Source of the DNA: Bacteroidia bacterium
Lineage (GTDB): Bacteria > Bacteroidota > Bacteroidia > UKL13-3
Direction of reading: 5' to 3'
NCBI GenBank assembly: GCA_019695215.1
Contig: JAIBAK010000009.1
Span: 13,389 to 77,388 of the forward strand
Length of the DNA: 64,000 nucleotides
Below, piece by piece: positions 19,319 through 29,757 of this stretch. The position numbers were made by a program, and so were the translations under genes. The notes under the pieces were generated by a model, which ran no database searches, was not told the DNA's origin, and was given only the letters and a program-made list of their open reading frames with translations. Numbering within the stretch: the first letter of the stretch is position 1; every line of letters starts with the position of its first letter.

Positions 19319-20443
19319 TTACAGGTTCCCTCTTATCTCCTGCTCACGTTCGATGGCTTCAAACAGGGCTTTAAAATTTCCTTTACCAAAACTTTTGGCT
19401 CCTTTGCGTTGTATAATTTCGTAAAACATGGTCGGGCGGTCTTCCACCGGTTTGGTAAACAACTGCAGCAGGTAACCCTCGTCATCGCGGTCAACCAAAA
19501 TACCCAGTTCCTTCAGCGGTTCAATATCTTCGTCAATGGGCCCTACCCTGTCCAATAAATCATCATAATAAGTAGATGGCACTTTTAAAAATTCCACCCC
19601 GCGGGCCATAAGTTGTTTTACGGTACTTACAATATCTTTGGTGGCAATGGCAATATGCTGGGTTCCCTCTCCTTCGTAAAATTCGAGGTACTCTTCTACC
19701 TGCGATTTTTTCTTTCCTTCAGCGGGTTCATTAATAGGGAATTTTACATACCCGTTTCCGTTACTCATTACTTTGCTCATTAAAGCCGAGTATTCGGTAC
19801 TGATATCTTTATCATCAAACGAGAGGATGTTTTTAAAACCCATCACATTTTCATAGAAATTTACCCAGGGGTTCATTTGGTTCCACCCAACATTTCCTAC
19901 GCAGTGGTCAACATAGAGCAATCCGGTTGGCTCGGGATTGTAATCACTTTTCCACTCTTTAAATCCCGGTATAAAAACTCCTTTGTAGTTTTTACGCTCA
20001 ATAAAAAGATGCACAACTTCGCCATAGGTATGAATACCACTCATGCGCACTTCCCCATGGGAGTCATTTAAGGTAGTTGGCTGCATGTATGGTTTACCTC
20101 CTCGTTTGGTGGTTTGCTCAAAGGCATCATACGCATCATCTACCCATAGCGCCAGTACTTTTACGCCATCACCATGTTTTTTATGATGCTCGGCAATCGG
20201 ACTGTTGCTGTGCAGGGGCGATGTAAGCACTAAGCGCATTTTATTTTGCACCAGTACATACGAGGCACGGTCTTTTAATCCGGTTTCAGGACCGGCATAG
20301 GCCAGTGACTGAAAGCCGAAAGCTGTTTTATAAAAATGTGCTGCCTGCTTGGCGTTGCCCACATACAACTCAATATAATCTGTGCCGTTAAGTGGCAGAA
20401 AATCGGTTGTCGTTTGTTTTGTTTTTACTTCTAATGTATCCAT
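19319..20443 (-). CDS. hppD: 4-hydroxyphenylpyruvate dioxygenase
   Basis: Two VOC modules: ELYVGNAKQAAHFYKTAFGF and GTQHIAIATKDIVSTVKQLMARGVEFLKVPSTYYDDL; C-terminal FGKGNFKALFEAIEREQ. Confidence 0.9.
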   Translation of the reverse strand: MDTLEVKTKQTTTDFLPLNGTDYIELYVGNAKQAAHFYKTAFGFQSLAYAGPETGLKDRASYVLVQNKMRLVLTSPLHSNSPIAEHHKKHGDGVKVLALWVDDAYDAFEQTTKRGGKPYMQPTTLNDSHGEVRMSGIHTYGEVVHLFIERKNYKGVFIPGFKEWKSDYNPEPTGLLYVDHCVGNVGWNQMNPWVNFYENVMGFKNILSFDDKDISTEYSALMSKVMSNGNGYVKFPINEPAEGKKKSQVEEYLEFYEGEGTQHIAIATKDIVSTVKQLMARGVEFLKVPSTYYDDLLDRVGPIDEDIEPLKELGILVDRDDEGYLLQLFTKPVEDRPTMFYEIIQRKGAKSFGKGNFKALFEAIEREQEIRGNL

Positions 20444-20470
20444 TTCAAAAGGTGTATTTATTCTTGTTCT

Positions 20471-21628
20471 TTATTCAACCCAGGTTTTATAATAACCGGG
20501 GTCTTCCATTTTCATCGCCTCTTTGGTAATCATAAGCGGGTAAAACGGATCAATCATCACGGCCAGTTCTTTTGTTTCTTTGGCCCCGATTGATTTCTCC
20601 ACCGTACCCGGGTGTGGCCCGTGGGGAATGCCTTTGGGGTGCAGGCTAATCATGCCCCGCTCCACATGCTTGCGGCTCATAAAATCCCCGTCAACATAAT
20701 AGAGCACTTCATCGCTGTCAACATTGCTGTGATTATACGGAGCCGGTATGGCATCGGGGTGGTAATCGTAAAGGCGCGGGACAAACGAGCAAATGACAAA
20801 ATTATGCCCTTCAAATGTTTGATGAATGGGTGGCGGCATATGCACCCGTCCGGTAATAGGTTCGTAATTGTGAATGGAAAAACCAAACGGATAGCTGTAC
20901 CCATCCCAGCCAATGGCATCAAACGGGTGAGTAGCTAATGTGTAGGGGAACATCATATCCTGTTTCTTAATCATCACCTTAAACTCTCCCTGCTCATCAT
21001 GCGTTTCCAGATTTTCGGGCAATTTAATATCGCGTTCGCAATAGGGTGAATGTTCCAGTAATTGCCCGAATTGATTCAGGTATCTTTTTGGAGGACGAAT
21101 GGGCGAAAACGATTCAGTAATAAAAAGGCGGTTGTTTTCCGAAGTAAAATGCAACTGATAAATGGTACCGCGCGGAATCACCAGGTAATCTCCGTACTCA
21201 AACGGAATTTGTCCGTACAATGTTTTCAGCACTCCACTTCCCTCATGAATAAAGAGTACTTCATCGGCATCGGCATTTTTGTAAAAGTAATCGGTCATCG
21301 ATTTTTTAGGCGCAGCCGATGCGAGGTACAAATCTTTATTGAACAACAGGTATACCCTGCTTTTCAGGTAATCGTCCTGAGGATTGGTTTTAAACGTAAG
21401 GAAGCTTCTGTTCTGCAGATTTTTTTCAATGGAGGCCTTTGGAGCCACATCATAGGGAGTGCCAATGCTTTTTACCAGTGTAGGCGGATGGCAATGATAC
21501 ACCAATGAATATATGCTGCTGAAGCCCTCGGTTGAAACCAGTTCTTCGGCATACAACGAACCATCAGGCTTACGAAATTGCGTATGTCGTTTCTGAGGAA
21601 TTTTCCCTAATCGGTGATAAAATGGCAT
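20471..21628 (-). CDS. hmgA: homogentisate 1,2-dioxygenase
   Basis: About 385 aa with a cupin HGD pattern (YQLHFTSENNRLFI ... SFVPRLYDYHP ... HPKGIPHGPHPG). Adjacent to hppD, forming the tyrosine catabolic pair. Confidence 0.85.
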   Translation of the reverse strand: MPFYHRLGKIPQKRHTQFRKPDGSLYAEELVSTEGFSSIYSLVYHCHPPTLVKSIGTPYDVAPKASIEKNLQNRSFLTFKTNPQDDYLKSRVYLLFNKDLYLASAAPKKSMTDYFYKNADADEVLFIHEGSGVLKTLYGQIPFEYGDYLVIPRGTIYQLHFTSENNRLFITESFSPIRPPKRYLNQFGQLLEHSPYCERDIKLPENLETHDEQGEFKVMIKKQDMMFPYTLATHPFDAIGWDGYSYPFGFSIHNYEPITGRVHMPPPIHQTFEGHNFVICSFVPRLYDYHPDAIPAPYNHSNVDSDEVLYYVDGDFMSRKHVERGMISLHPKGIPHGPHPGTVEKSIGAKETKELAVMIDPFYPLMITKEAMKMEDPGYYKTWVE

Positions 21629-21760
21629 AATTAAATTTATTTTTCAGTGCAACCTTTGTGTGCAGTATCTTTACAAAGTTACTGTTAAGCGGTGCGAAAA
21701 TAATTACAAAAGCTCGCAAAAATCACCAACTTTGCCCACAGGAAAAATGACAAAAGTCAG

Positions 21761-22774
21761 ATGATTAGAATTTTCATTATCAGCCTTATACTTGTAAATG
21801 TATTTCTTACCACCTCCTGCCACCGGGAGCAAAACAGCTTTTTAGCTCAGGCCGATTCCAATGCATCGGCCGCTATCAGGGAAATAAATGAGCAAATCCA
21901 AAAGGATCCGCAAAATCCGGAACTGTATTATAAAAAGGCTAAAACCTACTACACAGAGAAACGATTAGATAAAGCCGAAGAAGCCATTCAGGCTGCTATT
22001 GTACTCGACTCAACCAATGCCGTCTATCATTACCACAAGGGGGAAGTACTTTTTGCTCTGAATAAAACCATTGCAGCCGCAGCCGAGTTTGAAAAAGCCA
22101 CACAGCTAAAACCCGAATTTTACGAGGCTCATATTAAACTGGGTGAATTGTATTTGTTTGTGAAAAAACATAAAGAATCGCTCGAATGTTTTACAAAAGC
22201 GCAGGCATTACAACCCAATGAGGCAAAGACCTATTTTATGAAAGGACTCAATTTTAAAGGGCTTAAAGATACAGCTAATGCTATTGTAAGTTTTCAGCGC
22301 GCCACCGAAACCGATAACCATTTTATTGATGCGTACATTCAATTAGCTATTTTGCACAACGCGCAGGGAAATAAAAAACTGGCACTTGATTTTTATAACG
22401 GAGCCATAAGGGTAAATGAATTTAATGCAGATGCCCTTTACGGACGCGCACTGCTGCTGCAGGAAGCCGAAAAATTTGATGATGCCGTAAAAGATTACCG
22501 CAAAATAATTTCAATTAATCCCGGTTACTACCGCGCCTACTACAATATTGGCTTTATTAATTCCTTCAATCAAAAATATGAGGCGGCCATTGAAAATTTC
22601 AGCAAGGCCATTGAAGAAAATCCGGAATACCTAAGCGCCTATTACATGCGCGGCTGGTGTCACGAAAAATTGGGTCACAAACAGGATGCGCTGAATAATT
22701 ACGAATATACGCTGCAATTAGACCCTACCTATCCAAAAGCACTGGAAGGCAAAAAAAGACTGGGAGTAAACTAA
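21761..22774 (+). CDS. tetratricopeptide-repeat protein with signal peptide
   Basis: Repeated AxxYxxxGxxxxxxxxxxxAxxxFxKAxxLxP units throughout. Confidence 0.7.
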   Translation: MIRIFIISLILVNVFLTTSCHREQNSFLAQADSNASAAIREINEQIQKDPQNPELYYKKAKTYYTEKRLDKAEEAIQAAIVLDSTNAVYHYHKGEVLFALNKTIAAAAEFEKATQLKPEFYEAHIKLGELYLFVKKHKESLECFTKAQALQPNEAKTYFMKGLNFKGLKDTANAIVSFQRATETDNHFIDAYIQLAILHNAQGNKKLALDFYNGAIRVNEFNADALYGRALLLQEAEKFDDAVKDYRKIISINPGYYRAYYNIGFINSFNQKYEAAIENFSKAIEENPEYLSAYYMRGWCHEKLGHKQDALNNYEYTLQLDPTYPKALEGKKRLGVN

Positions 22775-22776
22775 AA

Positions 22777-25700
22777 TTACTGCACTACAATCTTTTTGGT
22801 ATCTGTTAACCCTGAATTACTTTCTACTTTCAATAAGTAAATTCCCCTCGAAAATCCCGATATCAGTTGTTCGGAATTAGTGTATGCCTCCATTAGTTTT
22901 ACTTCCCTTCCGGTTAAATCATAAATATGAATCTGGTAATTTCCGTTTTCAGAACTAAGCCAGTTCACTCTGATAAAACCGGCATTTGAGGGATTAGGAT
23001 AAACCAACAATTCACTTTTACCTGCCGCGTTAGAAACACCGTTTGGATTTACGTTTATATAGGATGATTTTGTTCTGGAAGTTGAGCAATTGCCGTCCTG
23101 ATTAAAGGCAGTAAGTTTTACGGTGTAAGAACCCTGTTGCTGATACGTATGAGAAGGAGTAAAAGCAACCGAAGTATTATTGGAACCACTTAACGAGTCA
23201 CCAAAATTCCACTCAAAACCCGAAAAACCTGCTGAAGAATTATTTGAAAAATTAACCGTAAAAGGTGCGTTACCAAGCACCGACATGGATGAGAAGTCGG
23301 CAGCCAGTACATTTACCAGCATACTATCTTTATTGGTGCATGCCTGAGCGGTATAAGCATACATAATTTTATACGCACCTGCTGCAATGCCGGTATTAAA
23401 TTTATTACCCGTTACGGAAGTTCCCGACCAAACTCCTCCGGCCGGATATCCCGACAGCGTAATATCTCCGTTGTTAATACAGGTTTTTCTGTCGCTTCCA
23501 GCATTAACCACCGGCAGTTGCTCAACTTTAATTAAAACAGAGTCCGTTGTTACACATCCGTTAGTATAAGTATAGGTATAGGTTTCAAAGTGATTTCCTG
23601 TTCCGGCAGCCGAAGGATTGAATGTTCCGTTGCTTTGAACACTGTTTCCGCTCCAGATTCCTCCTGAAGGATTTGCTAATAAAAACGCCTGATTCGAAGC
23701 TTCGCAGAAAACATATGATGGATTCGTAAATGAAATTTGTGCGCTGTACAATACATTGATATAAGTGCTGGCCTGAGTACCGCAGCCCCCCGCAGCCTGG
23801 TAGAAAATGGCATGAGTCCCAGTCCCCGCAACCGCAGGATAAAACTTATCTCCAATAATTCCGTTGCCGCTCCATGTACCGTTAGAAGGAGTTCCATTTA
23901 ACTGTAAAGGAGACGCATTGTAACATAATGGGGAATAACTTCCCGTTTGTGACTGGATACTATTTAGGATAGTTAAAGATAAAGTATCACTACCAGCACA
24001 TCCATAAACATCAGTATACCGATAAACAATTCGGTTAGGTCCTGCACAACTCAATTTGGGTGTAAAACTACTTCCGTTCAGGCAGGTGGAGGTGCTGCTC
24101 CAATTTCCACCTGATGGGTGACCGGAAAGAGATAATACCGGGCTGTTATAACAAACTGCGGTATCGGGTATTAAAATGGAAACAGATGGCAGGTTACGAA
24201 TCCCAACAGAAATTTGGGCGGTTTTACTGCACCCAAACGAATCAGTCATTAATAAATAAACTGTACCCGGTTGAGAAGATTGAAAAGTATAAGTGCCGTT
24301 GGAAGATAATGCGGAACCATTCCAACTATAACTGTAAGGTAATCGGCCGCCAATATAGGCCGCTGTAAGCAGTAAAGGAGTATTAGAGCATGCTATTGTA
24401 TCAGTTTTACCATTAATGGAAACCGAAAGCGGAATGTGCAGAGGCACCACAACAGAATCGTTTTTTATAAAATCGCCACAACTTTGAAGGGATGAAATAC
24501 GAATGGAGTAGTAATGTTTTCCGGTTGATGAATAAGTATGGGAAAAACTGGAATCTGTTGAAAACATCCCTCCTGTCCCGGCCCACTGGTATTGGCATGT
24601 TCCACTTCCGCTGGTTACCGTTGCCTGAAAATTAACTTTACCCGTGCAAGGGTTATAACCAGAAACCTCATTTGCATTAATTTGGTTGGCAGCAGCCTTA
24701 ACCTCGATGGCAATAACCTTAACAATAGAAGATCTTTTAGGGCAAGAGTTATCCGTTCCTCGAAACGTAATGTAGTAAGGTTCTGTTCTTACATCATTGG
24801 CAGAAGGAGTCCAGCAAAAAACCCCTTTTTCATTTTTTAATCCATTGGTTTGAAAAGTAGCTCCTGAAATAGTTCGGTCCCATACAATACTAGTACTATC
24901 CCCTGAATTCACATCAGAACTATAAACGTCAAAACATATGGATGACCCCGCACAAACTTTATATGAACCGGAAGAGGTGAATAAATTAGGGGTAGAATTA
25001 TTTCCGCCATTGCTAATAATGCATAAAGTATGACTGACCAATGTTTGACCAATTTTAACTCCACTTCTATAACGGGAAACAGTATAGGAAAGTAAATAAT
25101 AGGAATTTGCTCCGGTTGGGGTAATCCAATCCGATGCCCCGGCTTTTAATTGACCTGTTTTATTGTCAAATTGTAAAGCAAAAGCCGAAAAACCACTATA
25201 TGGAAAAGGTTTTGCTCCTGAAAATCCGCCTGTGTAGGTAACATTTGAACCAGGTCCTATCAAACCGGAGGTCATTGCATAAACAATACTATCATTATTT
25301 TGATTTAATGTACGGGCATTGTAATAATTTGGAATTCCGGTAGTAAATATTAACGGAAGCTCATAACAGAATTCGGGTCCTTCATTTATCCCAACTCCTT
25401 TCATAAAATAAGATTCCAGGTAATCATTACCCCCGGTGAAAGAAGCAAAAACTCCATCATAACAGCAGTCAGACCATGATATTTTAATTTCTGAATTTGA
25501 ATTAAAAGAGGCCAAACTTACCCTTTTGCTATAATAGTGTCGCTCAAAACCCACGTTAATATTGGTTCCACCGTTGCATAAATCTTTCGTTGTCGGGCAA
25601 AGATCAGTTACCCCGGTAATTGATAACCTATTTAAAGTAATATTTACTGTAGTGGCGCTTTGGGTAAGAACTACCGCTGGATTTGCATTAAGGGTAATTC

Positions 25701-25872
25701 CTGTACATGATCTGTAAAGCACAAGAATAATATCTGCACTATCGTTGGGTACAAGCTTATAACTTAGGTACCCCCCATGATATCCACTAGCAAAAGCATT
25801 GGAAAAAGATAAAAAAACAGCACTTACCAATAGAAAAAGTAAACGGCAAAGCCTAATAGCTGACCTTTTCAT
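22777..25872 (-). CDS. large secreted protein with PKD-like domain and type-9 secretion C-terminal sorting domain
   Basis: Signal peptide; FEWNFGDSLSGSNNTSVAFTPSHTYQQQGSYTVKLTAF is a PKD motif. The C-terminus LLVYPNPSNAGFIRVN ... YQIHIYDLTGREVK ... GIYLLKV matches the T9SS type-A sorting domain. Confidence 0.7.
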   Translation of the reverse strand: MKRSAIRLCRLLFLLVSAVFLSFSNAFASGYHGGYLSYKLVPNDSADIILVLYRSCTGITLNANPAVVLTQSATTVNITLNRLSITGVTDLCPTTKDLCNGGTNINVGFERHYYSKRVSLASFNSNSEIKISWSDCCYDGVFASFTGGNDYLESYFMKGVGINEGPEFCYELPLIFTTGIPNYYNARTLNQNNDSIVYAMTSGLIGPGSNVTYTGGFSGAKPFPYSGFSAFALQFDNKTGQLKAGASDWITPTGANSYYLLSYTVSRYRSGVKIGQTLVSHTLCIISNGGNNSTPNLFTSSGSYKVCAGSSICFDVYSSDVNSGDSTSIVWDRTISGATFQTNGLKNEKGVFCWTPSANDVRTEPYYITFRGTDNSCPKRSSIVKVIAIEVKAAANQINANEVSGYNPCTGKVNFQATVTSGSGTCQYQWAGTGGMFSTDSSFSHTYSSTGKHYYSIRISSLQSCGDFIKNDSVVVPLHIPLSVSINGKTDTIACSNTPLLLTAAYIGGRLPYSYSWNGSALSSNGTYTFQSSQPGTVYLLMTDSFGCSKTAQISVGIRNLPSVSILIPDTAVCYNSPVLSLSGHPSGGNWSSTSTCLNGSSFTPKLSCAGPNRIVYRYTDVYGCAGSDTLSLTILNSIQSQTGSYSPLCYNASPLQLNGTPSNGTWSGNGIIGDKFYPAVAGTGTHAIFYQAAGGCGTQASTYINVLYSAQISFTNPSYVFCEASNQAFLLANPSGGIWSGNSVQSNGTFNPSAAGTGNHFETYTYTYTNGCVTTDSVLIKVEQLPVVNAGSDRKTCINNGDITLSGYPAGGVWSGTSVTGNKFNTGIAAGAYKIMYAYTAQACTNKDSMLVNVLAADFSSMSVLGNAPFTVNFSNNSSAGFSGFEWNFGDSLSGSNNTSVAFTPSHTYQQQGSYTVKLTAFNQDGNCSTSRTKSSYINVNPNGVSNAAGKSELLVYPNPSNAGFIRVNWLSSENGNYQIHIYDLTGREVKLMEAYTNSEQLISGFSRGIYLLKVESNSGLTDTKKIVVQ

Positions 25873-25930
25873 AACGTTGGAATTTTATTACCACTAAGGT
25901 AATACTGAAAAAAAAGAAAAAAAAGAAAAT

Positions 25931-27814
25931 TTAGTAAGCCCTGGTCGTTTTCCCTTCCATGAAGTTAATAAAAGCACGATTCACCACTTTATTGCCTCCT
26001 GGTGTAGGGTAATTGCCCGAGAAGTACCAATCGCCAAGATTTAACGGACAGGCTTCATGAAGGTTCTCGATGGTTTGATAAATCACCTCTACTTCGGCCC
26101 GGCAGTCATCGGGAGTTACTATTCCGGCAACTTTATTACTTATTTCCTCATCGGTAAATAAGGCATACAATTGCTGCAAATGGTTTTTAATTTCCTCCTT
26201 AGGCAAATCTTCCTGTGCCTTACACTTCAAGTAGGTTTCATGCAGTAAATCTTCTTTACCGCGTTCTTTCAATAAAGCTATCATTGCCTGAAATGCTACA
26301 AACTCGCCCAGCCGCGACATATCAATTCCATAACAGTCAGGGTAACGAATTTGAGGGGCAGAAGAAACAATGATAATTTTTTTAGGATGCAGCCTGTCAA
26401 GTATACGAATGATGCTGGTGCGTAAAGTGGTACCCCGCACAATTGAATCATCGATTACCACCAGTGTATCTTTATCATTATTGATGATACCATAGGTAAC
26501 ATCATACACGTGTGCCACCATATCCTCCCGGTGGGTATCATCGGTGATAAACGTACGCAGTTTTGCATCCTTAACAGCAATTTTTTCCCTTCGGGGTTTT
26601 ATGCTCAAAATCTGCTTCATTTTTTCCATATCCGGTTTGGCACCGAGCTTCAGAATTTCCTGTGCCTTATAATCGGTAAGGTAATCGTGAACCCCGTCAA
26701 TTAACCCGTAAAATGCCGTTGCCGCTGTATTTGGAATATAAGAAAAAACGGAATTATCTAAATCGTAGTTTATCGCCTTTAACACTTTTGGCGATAACAA
26801 ATGTCCGAGTTTTTTTCGCTCAAGGTAAATATCCCGGTCATTTCCTCTCGAAAAATAAATCCGTTCAAACGAACAGGATTTGCGCTCAGCAGGCGGGATG
26901 ATATTTACTTCGCTTATTGCTCCTGTTTTGCGAATAATAAGCGCATTTCCGGGTTGCAGCTCCTTTATCTCAGTGAGTCGTATATTAAATCCGGTTTGAA
27001 TGGCGGGTCGCTCTGAAGTGACAACTACAATTTCATCATCATGGTAATAATAACATGGCCGTATACCAACCGGGTCGCGTACTACGAACGCATCTCCATG
27101 GCCCATCATTCCGGCAAGGGTATATCCTCCGTCAACTTCCTTGAGCGACCTTTTAAGAATATTTTCAATATTCAGGTTTTTGGCAATAAGCGGTGAAATG
27201 TCTTTGTTGCTGTAACCTTCCTTCTTGAACTGATCAAACCAAACCTGATTTTCTTCATCCAGAAAATGGCCAATTTTCTCCAGCATGGTAACTGTGTCGG
27301 CCTTTTCCCTCGGGTGCTGCCCAATATCTACCAATAATCCGAAAAGCTCATCAACATTGGTCATGTTAAAATTTCCGGCCAGCATCAGGTTACGGCTCAT
27401 CCAGTTGTTTTCACGAATAAAAGGATGGCATTTATCTTCCGAATTTTCTCCGTGCGTTCCGTAGCGTAAATGCCCAAGTAATAATTCACCGGCAAAGGGT
27501 GCATTGGCTTTCAAAAAATCGGCATCTTTATTTCCGCTCTGGTTTATTTTAGTGCTTATTCGGGCAAAAATATCAGCAATGGCACCGCTGCCAGCCGTAC
27601 GTTTTCTGAACACATACGGATTCCCCGGTTCCGGATCAAGTTTAATAACTCCTACACCTGCTCCATCCTGCCCGCGGTTGTGCTGCTTTTCCATAAGCAG
27701 GTACAGCTTTTTCAATCCGTAAAGGGCCGAACCGTATTTTTCCTGATAAAATGATAAGGGTTTTAGAAGACGAATAAGTGCGATTCCGCACTCGTGTTTT
27801 ATGGCGTCACTCAT
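25931..27814 (-). CDS. purF: amidophosphoribosyltransferase (long Bacteroidota-type)
   Basis: The N-terminal MSDAIKHECGIALI has the class-II glutamine amidotransferase Cys, then NRGQDGAGVG, with a PRTase region (VVIDDSIVRGTT). The length of about 627 aa is typical of the Bacteroidota form. Confidence 0.8.
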   Translation of the reverse strand: MSDAIKHECGIALIRLLKPLSFYQEKYGSALYGLKKLYLLMEKQHNRGQDGAGVGVIKLDPEPGNPYVFRKRTAGSGAIADIFARISTKINQSGNKDADFLKANAPFAGELLLGHLRYGTHGENSEDKCHPFIRENNWMSRNLMLAGNFNMTNVDELFGLLVDIGQHPREKADTVTMLEKIGHFLDEENQVWFDQFKKEGYSNKDISPLIAKNLNIENILKRSLKEVDGGYTLAGMMGHGDAFVVRDPVGIRPCYYYHDDEIVVVTSERPAIQTGFNIRLTEIKELQPGNALIIRKTGAISEVNIIPPAERKSCSFERIYFSRGNDRDIYLERKKLGHLLSPKVLKAINYDLDNSVFSYIPNTAATAFYGLIDGVHDYLTDYKAQEILKLGAKPDMEKMKQILSIKPRREKIAVKDAKLRTFITDDTHREDMVAHVYDVTYGIINNDKDTLVVIDDSIVRGTTLRTSIIRILDRLHPKKIIIVSSAPQIRYPDCYGIDMSRLGEFVAFQAMIALLKERGKEDLLHETYLKCKAQEDLPKEEIKNHLQQLYALFTDEEISNKVAGIVTPDDCRAEVEVIYQTIENLHEACPLNLGDWYFSGNYPTPGGNKVVNRAFINFMEGKTTRAY

Positions 27815-28019
27815 GGTGAAATTTCAAAGTGCAAAAATAGTTAATTTAACAAGGAATGGCGCACAATCGGGTTTTATAAATTAACCATCAATTAACATTC
27901 AGGTAAAACCCGCAGGTTGTGCCGTGCTAACCACATTGCTTTGAACATAAAATAATTTTGGTAAGCAATTTTTTGCCACCTAATTTTCAGTAAAAATATA
28001 AGCAGAAGAAATCTAACCC

Positions 28020-28343
28020 CTAAGGGTTGCCATCCGGTTGTTTGGCAAAAGCTACTGCATACTTTAAGATATAACTCTGCGAAACCTGATCGAGTTTCGC
28101 CCTTGACGACATAACCGGAATAATACTCATCCATTCCAGCTCAGTATGTTCTTCGGGTTTATGGTACTTATGGCACTTGTTGCAATTTTGCTCAAATAAC
28201 ATTTTTCCCTTAGTGAGCTCGGCCAAGGTAACCTGAGGAAAACGTTTGGCCGCCTGTTTCACCTGCTGCTCTCCAGGAGCAGGTAATTTCTGAACTGAGC
28301 ATGCCATAGCCAGTAAAAGCAACAGTACAACAAAATATTTCAT
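28020..28343 (-). CDS. small secreted c-type cytochrome (heme-binding CxxCH)
   Basis: Signal peptide plus FEQNCNKCH. Confidence 0.5.
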   Translation of the reverse strand: MKYFVVLLLLLAMACSVQKLPAPGEQQVKQAAKRFPQVTLAELTKGKMLFEQNCNKCHKYHKPEEHTELEWMSIIPVMSSRAKLDQVSQSYILKYAVAFAKQPDGNP

Positions 28344-28364
28344 ATGTAACCTAAACCGGTAAAA

Positions 28365-28664
28365 CTACCCGCGTTTTTGTTCCCCTTTGGGGCGGATAAG
28401 TGTGAGCGCATTGATAATGATATCGAGTTGCTCTATCAGATCCTTATTTTCCGTTTGGCAAACCACAAAAACCGGTTCAAGGGTAATGAGGTAGGGAGCA
28501 GCGGCTAAAACACCTGCTATATATGCCTTCTGTAATTTCATGGCCGGCTTACTGCCCGGTTTCACTTCATTTACAATAAAAACAATATTCAGGCGATCCT
28601 TTATTTTTTTCAGACGGTTGATTCGATGGTTAATTTTCTGATCGTTCTTCTTTAATGGTTTCAT
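28365..28664 (-). CDS. hypothetical protein (99 aa)
   Basis: Intact ORF between two minus-strand genes; no family recognised. Confidence 0.3.
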   Translation of the reverse strand: MKPLKKNDQKINHRINRLKKIKDRLNIVFIVNEVKPGSKPAMKLQKAYIAGVLAAAPYLITLEPVFVVCQTENKDLIEQLDIIINALTLIRPKGEQKRG

Positions 28665-28797
28665 TTCTCTACAGTATGGAGTTATTATCTAAATTATTTC
28701 TAAGCATGCAGAAAAATAGGTAAGAAAAAAATTTAGCAACATTTTTATTAGACGTAAAGAAGTTTAACGAACTGCTTAGTAACTAACAGGTGAATCG

Positions 28798-29301
28798 TTA
28801 TGAAGTTATATGGTCAAATTTAAGCTTTTTTATCTTTTTTAAAGGCCCCGGGCAATTTTCTGTATGACATTGAATACAAGCATCAAGCACCAAATTAAAT
28901 CGCCCCATCACATTCCCTCCTGGCTGAACCAACTCATTAAACCTTCGTTTAAACTGTCCGGCCCGCATAAAAAACTGGTCGGTGAGAACACTTGAATCGG
29001 TGGGTTCGGCATAAATAAAATCTACCATTTTAAACTGACCGGTTTGCAATTCATCGCCCCTTTCAATTTGGGCACGTATTGCCACCATCTGTTCATACAT
29101 GGCCCGCATACCCACTGCCATTGGTTTCATATTATCGGAGTATGGATTGGTGCAGGATGACATGGAATCATTTTCCATAGACGAACTGTCTGCTAAAGAT
29201 GTCTTTTCCCCCTCTCCTTTATGTTCAGAGGTACAGGCTGCCGCCAATACAAATAAAGTAACTATACAGAGTACGATAACCCGATGCATACCTGATATCA
29301 A
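28798..29301 (-). CDS. lipoprotein with CxxCH heme-binding motif
   Basis: Lipobox LAAAC and C-terminal CIQCH. Confidence 0.4.
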   Translation of the reverse strand: MISGMHRVIVLCIVTLFVLAAACTSEHKGEGEKTSLADSSSMENDSMSSCTNPYSDNMKPMAVGMRAMYEQMVAIRAQIERGDELQTGQFKMVDFIYAEPTDSSVLTDQFFMRAGQFKRRFNELVQPGGNVMGRFNLVLDACIQCHTENCPGPLKKIKKLKFDHITS

Positions 29302-29742
29302 CTACAGAATAAGTACACCGTCAGCTTCAAAAACCAATTCACGTTTTGGTTCTTTTATAGCATCAATTTCGGCCTGTGATTTACCAGCATCTTTAGCATA
29401 ATGTTTTAACTCTTCAACCGAAGTTTCCTGCCAGCTGGCTACCCCTTCAATAACTACCGTTTTACCGGCAGCATTTTTTGGAATAAAAAACGCATAATCT
29501 TTAAAGGTAATACGCATGGATTGTCCATTACCTAAATCAAGCTTCATCCAACAGCCTTTTTTCTGACATACTTCCAGAATTTTGCCGGTGAGTTTAACTT
29601 TTACTTCCTTTTTCCCTTTCATCATTGACGAAAGTTCGGAAGCTGGTTTGGCATCGTCTTTAGTAACCTTTGCTCCGTAATTTTGCGCAAAACCTGCTAC
29701 TGAAAACAGGCTGATTAAAGTAAGAATAAATAAACGCTTCAT
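29302..29742 (-). CDS. DUF4920-like secreted protein
   Basis: Signal peptide; KGCWMKLDLGNGQSMRITFKDYAFFIP. Confidence 0.35.
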   Translation of the reverse strand: MKRLFILTLISLFSVAGFAQNYGAKVTKDDAKPASELSSMMKGKKEVKVKLTGKILEVCQKKGCWMKLDLGNGQSMRITFKDYAFFIPKNAAGKTVVIEGVASWQETSVEELKHYAKDAGKSQAEIDAIKEPKRELVFEADGVLIL

Positions 29743-29757
29743 ATTTTTTCTTCAAAT

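Noticed and set aside
25880-25930. Hairpin ATTACC-ACTA-GGTAAT followed by an A-run between the T9SS cargo gene and purF
   Set aside because: For the minus-strand genes the U-run would precede rather than follow the stem. For the plus strand there is no upstream gene to terminate. Not called as a terminator.
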